A DNA stretch of 64,000 bases, taken from NCBI GenBank assembly GCA_041640595.1, contig JBEPZY010000001.1:640001-704000 (forward strand), in the 5' to 3' direction. Positions 57,675-64,000 of this stretch are shown piece by piece. The position numbers and the translations under genes were made by a program. Position 1 is the stretch's first letter; each line of letters starts with the position of its first letter. The notes under the pieces are model-generated. The model saw nothing but the letters and a program-made list of their open reading frames with translations, did not search any database and had not been told where the DNA came from. This stretch comes from Gemmatales bacterium (lineage in GTDB: Bacteria > Planctomycetota > Planctomycetia > Gemmatales > HRBIN36).

Positions 57675-60600
57675 GTGAGCCAGAAGGAGGCTGTGATGCC
57701 GCGGTCGAACCGATTCTACACCTGCATAGCTGGACTGGTGCTGACGCTGACTTTGTTCACACTTGGTGCTTTCCTGAAAGCCAGCCGACTTGACGGCGGG
57801 CAGTACGTTGGTGCACCGCCACCTCCGAAGCCAAGCCGTGAGTCTCCGCTGAATCCCGAGGAAGAGCGAGCGACGTTCAGCTTACCGCCAGGATTTACCG
57901 TTGAACTGATAGCCAGTGAACCGGATGTTCCCAAGCCCATAACCGTGGTGTGGGACAGCGCGGGGCGAATGTGGACAATGACCGCCGTTGAATATCCCGT
58001 GGATGCGAATGACGATCCCCAAAAGGCGGAAGCTTTGTTTGCCCAGGGAGGTCGGGATCGGGTGTTGGTGTTCGATTCTCCTTACGGTGTCGGCCCGCAC
58101 AAGCCGCGCGTGTTTGCCGATGGGCTGGCCATACCCCTGGGTTTGTTGCCTTACCGGGACGGCGCCTTTGTGCAATATGGTCGGGAAATATGGTTCCTGC
58201 GCGACACCGACGGAGACGGCCGGGCCGACAAACGCGAAGTTGTGCTGCGGGGTTTTGGCATTCAGGATTCGCACCTGTTTCCTCACCAATTCACTCGTGG
58301 GCCGGGTAACTGGATTTATTTTGCCCAGGGTGCCTTCAACCGTTCCCTGGTGCAGACGCGAGACGGTCAGCAGGTGCGCCTCGATTACTGCAAAATGGCC
58401 CGCTTTCAACCGGATGGCACGCGACTGCAACTGGTGGCCTGCGGCCTGAACAACATTTGGGGTTTTGTCATTAATCGCCAGGGTGAAATGTTCATTCAGG
58501 AAGCCAACGATCTGGGCTATAGTGTCGTTCCGCTGCTGGTGGGCAGCAATTTCCCCGGCCATGCTATGGAGAAGCTCCGTCCTTATGCACCATGGCAACC
58601 AGCGCTGTGCGACCATTTTCGACTCGGCGGCACTGGTTTGTCCGGTCTGGCTTATGCGGAAGACGAAGACGTCTGGCCGGAACCTTATCGCGGCGTGTTT
58701 TACGTGGCCAATCCCATCCTGCAACGCATTCAGGCTATCCGCATGCATCGCGCTGGACCTGGATTTCGATTCGAGAAACTGCCCGACTTTATGCTTTGTA
58801 GCGACGAGTGGTTTCGTCCGGTGGCCATTCATTTTGGCCCCGATGGGTGCCTCTACGTGGTGGACTGGTACAACAAGATTATCTCGCACAACGAAGTTCC
58901 CCGCAACCATCCCGAACGCGACAAAATCCGAGGCCGCATCTGGCGTATTCGGCACGTCGAGCAAAAGCGCAGGGACGTTCCTAACCTTCAAAAAGCTAGC
59001 GAGGCGGATTTGTTGCAGCACTTGAAAGCGGCTAACAGCTGGGAAAGCCGATCGGCCTGGCAGGAAATCGTAGATCGGCAAGCGGCAAACCTGGCTCCTA
59101 CTTTGCAAGCCTGGGCCCGTGATGCTTCCCAGCCTGCCGATTTGCGAATCCAATGTTTGTGGGCCCTGGAAGGTTTGCGGAAAGCACCGCTGGAATTGTT
59201 GTGCCAGATGCTGGAGGACCGCAACCGCAATATCCGCCGTGAAGCGGTACGCATTCTGGGGACGCAAAATTTCGACCCGGAAGCGGTTGTGCGTTCGCTG
59301 AAAACGCTGGCCGATGACCCTGACCCCCAGGTTCGGGCCGAGGTGATTCATACCCTCGATGGTCTGGCTTCTCTGCCGCAAGAAGGAGTTGCCCTTCTGG
59401 TGCACATGGGCAAGGAAAAGCTGCCGGGGCCGACTATGAAACTGCAACAGGGAGGCGTAACTGCGAAAGTAGGTCCAGCTCATGACCGCGACTTTGAGCG
59501 TTATCTGGTTCGTGCTGCCCTGGAAAAGCGTCCGCAGTTGGTGCGACAATTCTTGCAAAGTCCTGCGGCGCAGGCTGTGCCAGCCGAGAATCGGTTGCTG
59601 GCCATCCTGGCTTTGCCACCAGCCGAATCCGCGCGTTTGCTGGCGAGCGAGTTGTCCCGCTTACCGCGACTTCCCGACGAGGAAGAACTTTTGCGCCTCG
59701 CGGAAGTGGCAGATGAACCTAGCGTAGCTACTCTTTTGCGTCGCTACTTACGACAGCAAGAGTGCCTGGACATGGTCATGCGGCATCGCCTGCAGTTGAG
59801 CCGAAAGATACAACCATTGCTTGCGGAGACTGCCCAGCGACTCTGGCAGGGCAACGCTCAGGAACGGCAACTCGCAATCCGGTTAACGACAGCTTTCCAG
59901 TTAGCCGAGATGAAACAAGCGTTGCTCAATCTGGTACAATCCGAAACCGCACCGGTTCCTGAAAAAGTAGCTGCATTACGGGCCCTGCGAGAACTGCAGA
60001 TGGCTCCGGGAGATGTATTAGCTCGTCTCATTCGCCAGCTTCCTCCGGGCGAGCTTCGCAGCGAAATGGTACTGGCACTGGCGGATTCTAACGATCCGCC
60101 AGCTCCGGAGCGGTTTTTGGAATTGCTTCCCTTCCTCAATCAGAAAGAGCGCCAGCTCGGTCTGGAGCGTTTGATTAGCCACCGTCGCGGTGCTGCAGCA
60201 GTTGTGCGATCGCTGCGGCAGGGCACTCTGGAAGACGACTGGCTCGATGGGCCGATGCTGGAAAGGCTGCAGATCGTGCTTGGGCAGAACCAGGAACTCG
60301 CTTCGTTTCTGAAGAGCAAGGCAAAGTTTTTCCGACCGGTTCTGCTACTGGATGGTCGGGACGACGCTTACGTGGATGAACCCATCACCTTGCGAGGTGA
60401 GTTCACCGTGGAAACCTGGGTTCGACTCGATCCGCCGATCACGAATGCGGATAGTATTCTGGGACGTCCTGGGGTGGCCGATTTCAATTTCCATGATGCT
60501 CGCTTCCGGGTTTGGTGCGGGCCGAAGATCGGCGATGTCCTCATCGCCAAGCGGACTATCGCCCCGCTGGTCTGGACGCACGTGGCAGTTACGCGAAACT

Positions 60601-61379
60601 CCCAGGGCCATTTTGCCATTTACATCAACGGGGAACTCGATAACGACCGCGGTCGTCCTTTTGCGGGCGAGCTGGCAGAGCTGCGTTTAGGACATAGTAA
60701 TCCCCCGCAGGGCACAGCAGGAGCGTTTGCCGAATTCCGTATCTGGAGCCGTGCTCGTACTGCTGAGGAAATCCGCCGGGATTTCGATCGTAGCTACGCC
60801 GACCAACCGCGTCCGCCCGAACTGGTGCGCTATTATCACGACGAACATTGGGGAAGACTGCATGGCAGTGCTCGCATTGCTCGAACAACGGATTTTCCAC
60901 CCATTCTCACCGCCGCCGAGGTACGGCAGCTGGACGAGAAGTTCTCGCGGTATCGGCAACTGGCGAGTCGGGCCGGTGACGCGGAACGCGGTCGGCAGGT
61001 GTTTGCCAAGCACTGTCTGGCCTGCCATAGTGTCGGTAACGAAGGGGGCCAGATTGGCCCGACCCTGAGCGGAGCAGGAGCCATGACTACGGAAGCTCTG
61101 CTTCGCAGTTTACTGACGCCCAGTGCTGCTGTGGAATCCGGTTATCGGCTCTACCGTGTGGAATTACGCAATGGCACCCTGCTGGAAGGGTTCCTGGTTC
61201 GCCAGGATGAAAATGAACTTGTCCTCCGGCGCCCGGGTGAACAGGATCGGCGGATTGCGATGTCGGAAGTGTATCGTTCCGGCTTCACACGGCGGAGCGT
61301 TATGCCCGATGGCCTGCTGGAAGCCATGACCGCCGAAGAGGTGGCCGACTTGTTCAGCTACCTTCGCACACTGAAATGA
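57675..61379 (+). CDS. PVC-type membrane-bound dehydrogenase with HEAT repeats, LamG domain and C-terminal heme c
   Basis: LPPGFTVELIASEP, DTDGDGRAD, GPDGCLYVVDWY, HEAT-like repeats, WTHVAVT LamG, CLACH and SVMPDGL. Confidence 0.9.
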   Translation: MSQKEAVMPRSNRFYTCIAGLVLTLTLFTLGAFLKASRLDGGQYVGAPPPPKPSRESPLNPEEERATFSLPPGFTVELIASEPDVPKPITVVWDSAGRMWTMTAVEYPVDANDDPQKAEALFAQGGRDRVLVFDSPYGVGPHKPRVFADGLAIPLGLLPYRDGAFVQYGREIWFLRDTDGDGRADKREVVLRGFGIQDSHLFPHQFTRGPGNWIYFAQGAFNRSLVQTRDGQQVRLDYCKMARFQPDGTRLQLVACGLNNIWGFVINRQGEMFIQEANDLGYSVVPLLVGSNFPGHAMEKLRPYAPWQPALCDHFRLGGTGLSGLAYAEDEDVWPEPYRGVFYVANPILQRIQAIRMHRAGPGFRFEKLPDFMLCSDEWFRPVAIHFGPDGCLYVVDWYNKIISHNEVPRNHPERDKIRGRIWRIRHVEQKRRDVPNLQKASEADLLQHLKAANSWESRSAWQEIVDRQAANLAPTLQAWARDASQPADLRIQCLWALEGLRKAPLELLCQMLEDRNRNIRREAVRILGTQNFDPEAVVRSLKTLADDPDPQVRAEVIHTLDGLASLPQEGVALLVHMGKEKLPGPTMKLQQGGVTAKVGPAHDRDFERYLVRAALEKRPQLVRQFLQSPAAQAVPAENRLLAILALPPAESARLLASELSRLPRLPDEEELLRLAEVADEPSVATLLRRYLRQQECLDMVMRHRLQLSRKIQPLLAETAQRLWQGNAQERQLAIRLTTAFQLAEMKQALLNLVQSETAPVPEKVAALRALRELQMAPGDVLARLIRQLPPGELRSEMVLALADSNDPPAPERFLELLPFLNQKERQLGLERLISHRRGAAAVVRSLRQGTLEDDWLDGPMLERLQIVLGQNQELASFLKSKAKFFRPVLLLDGRDDAYVDEPITLRGEFTVETWVRLDPPITNADSILGRPGVADFNFHDARFRVWCGPKIGDVLIAKRTIAPLVWTHVAVTRNSQGHFAIYINGELDNDRGRPFAGELAELRLGHSNPPQGTAGAFAEFRIWSRARTAEEIRRDFDRSYADQPRPPELVRYYHDEHWGRLHGSARIARTTDFPPILTAAEVRQLDEKFSRYRQLASRAGDAERGRQVFAKHCLACHSVGNEGGQIGPTLSGAGAMTTEALLRSLLTPSAAVESGYRLYRVELRNGTLLEGFLVRQDENELVLRRPGEQDRRIAMSEVYRSGFTRRSVMPDGLLEAMTAEEVADLFSYLRTLK

Positions 61380-61543
61380 ATCCCCTTGCCACACTCCGCT
61401 GCTGCGGATAGGCTACATGGTACGGGGTGGTGGTCTTTGATAGCAAGACGTGATTGCGACGCGGGGTGGTGGTGTCGCAATGTCCATGTTTCGGCGGCTC
61501 GCTGTCACAATTTCCAGGTCGTCTAATCAGGAGGAGCTGTACC

Positions 61544-62500
61544 ATGTCTTGCACACGTCCTAACCCCAGAGCATTTACATTGATTGAGTTGCTGGTGGTG
61601 ATCGCCATTATCGGGCTGCTGATGGCCTTACTCTTACCAGCGATCCAGCGAGTCCGCGAGGCATCGAATCGCATGCGCTGCGGCAACAATCTGTCGCAAA
61701 TTGCCATTGCTTTTCATAACCACCACAACGATTTCGGTTACTTCCCGACCGGTGGTACTTCAATCAATAACGATCCGGGAACAACTGCAGATTTTACCCT
61801 GCCGCGAACCTTTATTGGTGGCCAGCCTGCCACTGGGCCGAATCAAGCCTGGGGGTGGGCTTATCAGATTTTGCCGTACATCGAACAGCGGGACCTATGG
61901 CTCAACCCCAATGACGCAACGGTAAGACAAACGCCGATCCCGTTGTACTTCTGCCCGTCTCGCAGGCGACCAGGAGTAGATGTGAACGGTATAGCACAAA
62001 TAGATTACGCCGGTAACGGTGGAGCCTTTGAAGGGCAATCGGGGCTGTTCGCGCCGGGCTGGGGTGCTGTCGTTATCCGACATGCCAGTGGGGCCATCGT
62101 TACCCGGACGCCCAGCGAGTCGCCTCCATTCGAGCGTGTCGTAACGCTGGATAGCGGATTCCCTGATGGTACCTCCAACACGTTCCTGGCAGGTGAAAAG
62201 TACGTCCGCAGAACTCAGTACCAACGCGGGCCACACGAAGACCGCGATAGCTTTGCCGCCGGATTCGTTTGCGACACGGTGCGCTGGGCCCGCGCTCCCA
62301 ACCAGAATTTACCCCAGCCGCTGGTGGACGACACCGGAGACGCTCCGCGTCGGTTTGGTTCCGCCCATGTTGCCCGCGTCAACTTTGTGTTTGTCGATCG
62401 CTCCGTCCGTGCCCTCAGTTACCGAATTGATATGACCATCTTTTACCTCCTTGCCGTCAAAGAAGACGGCCAGCAAATCAACCTCTCCCTCATCCAGTAG
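61544..62500 (+). CDS. DUF1559 prepilin-type protein
   Basis: [47 protein letters not shown] and FGSAH. AGGAGG RBS. Confidence 0.95.
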   Translation: MSCTRPNPRAFTLIELLVVIAIIGLLMALLLPAIQRVREASNRMRCGNNLSQIAIAFHNHHNDFGYFPTGGTSINNDPGTTADFTLPRTFIGGQPATGPNQAWGWAYQILPYIEQRDLWLNPNDATVRQTPIPLYFCPSRRRPGVDVNGIAQIDYAGNGGAFEGQSGLFAPGWGAVVIRHASGAIVTRTPSESPPFERVVTLDSGFPDGTSNTFLAGEKYVRRTQYQRGPHEDRDSFAAGFVCDTVRWARAPNQNLPQPLVDDTGDAPRRFGSAHVARVNFVFVDRSVRALSYRIDMTIFYLLAVKEDGQQINLSLIQ

Positions 62501-62740
62501 AAAATCGGGCTAAACAGGCAACGGGACGATTTTCCCCGTTTTGGCCCGGCTGGGTGCGGTACCTTTCCTTTGCGCGTCCAGGCATTCGCTCCTCTTTGCG
62601 GTCGTGGAGTGTATTCTAAATTGCGGTCTGGAGCACGGGTCGGATTTCGCGCTAAAAACGCAAAACTACGACCTATCTGCCTGTATCGGCTGCACGGGCA
62701 AGCAAGGAGTCGGCTCGAGCTACCAGTAAGGGGAGGGCAA

Positions 62741-63544
62741 ATGGACTTACCTTTTTTGAATCAGGTGGTACTCATCACCGGAGCGGCGCACGGACTGGGT
62801 CGTCAACTGGCGCTGGAGATGGCGACTGGTGGGGCAGTGGTTGCCGCAATTGACCGCGATGTTGCACCGATGGATAGTCTGATGGCGGAGTTGAAAACGC
62901 GCGGTCGCACTGGCGGTTATGCACAAGCGGATGTCACGGATCGAACTGGTTTGTTTCAGGCAGTAGCCGACCTGGAACGCCGACTCGGCCCGATAGAAAT
63001 CCTTATCGCTAATGCCGGCATCGGCTGTCCTACCCCGGCCACTGCTTTCGATGCCGATGCGTTTGCCCGACAAATCGAAGTGAACCTGATTGGTGTGGCG
63101 AATAGCATTGCCGCCGTGTTGCCAGGAATGCTGGAACGCAAACGCGGCCATCTCGTGGCCATCTCCAGTTTGGCTTCGTTCCGCGGTCTGGCTTTTCTTG
63201 GCGGTTATTGCGCCAGCAAGGCGGGAGTGAATGCCCTGATGGAGAGTTTGCGTCTGGAACTGGCCCCACGCAACATCCACTGCACCATTGTTAGTCCGGG
63301 CTGGATTCGCACCAATCTTACCGCCCATTTACCGCTTCCCAAACCGGATATTATGCCTGTCGAAGAAGCGGCCCGGCTTATAGTCAGGGCTATCCGACAG
63401 CGCAAGGCCTTTTATGCGTTTCCCTGGACAACGGCCTGGGTACTGCGACTGTGTCGTATGCTGCCGCCCGGTCTCAGCGATTGGTTGTTGCGTTCTTATG
63501 GCCGGCGATTGCAGCGACGCTTGGCCCGTCTCACTCCACAGTAA
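62741..63544 (+). CDS. Short-chain dehydrogenase/reductase
   Basis: [13 protein letters not shown] and YCASK. GGAGG RBS. Confidence 0.92.
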   Translation: MDLPFLNQVVLITGAAHGLGRQLALEMATGGAVVAAIDRDVAPMDSLMAELKTRGRTGGYAQADVTDRTGLFQAVADLERRLGPIEILIANAGIGCPTPATAFDADAFARQIEVNLIGVANSIAAVLPGMLERKRGHLVAISSLASFRGLAFLGGYCASKAGVNALMESLRLELAPRNIHCTIVSPGWIRTNLTAHLPLPKPDIMPVEEAARLIVRAIRQRKAFYAFPWTTAWVLRLCRMLPPGLSDWLLRSYGRRLQRRLARLTPQ

Positions 63545-64000
63545 CGCTCTTGGCCAGGTTGCGAGGCTTATCCACGTCACAACCTCGCAAAAGCGCCACG
63601 TGATAAGCTAGTAACTGCAACGGAATTACCGCCAGGATCGGTTGCAAGTATTCCGGCGCTTCGGGAATGAAAATCACGTCATCGGCGCGGCAGACCGCCT
63701 CCTTACAGCCGGGCGTGGTTATCGCCAGAATTGGACCGCCACGAGCACGAATTTCTTCCATGTTGCTGATGACCTTGTCGAACACCGAACCACGCGGCAC
63801 CAGGAAAACCGAAGGCGTGTTTTCGTCCACCAGGGCAATTGGTCCGTGCTTCATCTCGGCGGCGGGATAACCTTCGGCGTGAATGTAACTGATTTCTTTC
63901 ATCTTCAAGGCGCCCTCTAAGGCCACCGGATAAAGATACTGCCGACCCAGATAAAGGAAGTTGTGGACATGATAATACTTCGCCGCAATGTTGCGAACAA
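63531..64000 (-). CDS. glmS: Glutamine-fructose-6-phosphate transaminase, 3' part (5' end outside window)
   Basis: [27 protein letters not shown] and [11 protein letters not shown]. Confidence 0.96.
   Translation of the reverse strand, partial: VRNIAAKYYHVHNFLYLGRQYLYPVALEGALKMKEISYIHAEGYPAAEMKHGPIALVDENTPSVFLVPRGSVFDKVISNMEEIRARGGPILAITTPGCKEAVCRADDVIFIPEAPEYLQPILAVIPLQLLAYHVALLRGCDVDKPRNLAKSVTVE

Noticed and set aside
57882..59558. 558-aa minus-strand ORF
   Set aside because: Antisense shadow of the PVC dehydrogenase, expected in GC-rich coding DNA.

Overview
Ordinary chromosomal window from a Planctomycetota bacterium, probably Gemmatales-like. The taxonomy is inferred from two DUF1559 prepilin-like genes, a PVC-type heme-binding dehydrogenase, a planctomycete-type insert-bearing LepB and an LEXR-type secretion motif. 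It holds about 50 CDS (argG, thrC, pyrD, queC/queF, copA, lepA-lepB, kbl, partial glmS, transporters), four tRNAs (Leu-CAG, Gly-CCC, Ser-GCT, Phe-GAA) and a methyltransferase/FAD-oxidoreductase/type III PKS cluster. I saw no integrase, transposase, cas gene or true CRISPR array. The best candidate for an undescribed system is the minus-strand cluster at 34423-38856. It encodes a MotA/TolQ/ExbB channel, an ExbD/TolR-like partner, a two-TM protein with a second ExbD-like soluble domain, and a membrane-anchored protein with a degenerate (pseudo-)GTPase N-terminus, with no TonB, TolA or Pal load nearby. A 38-nt direct repeat lies in its internal spacer. Other notable items are an AT-richer ~1315-aa secreted protein built from four ~313-aa beta-helix modules, H-x9-DR variants in both DUF1559 proteins, and several two-copy intergenic repeats. 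All family calls come from motif recognition by eye, with no database searches.
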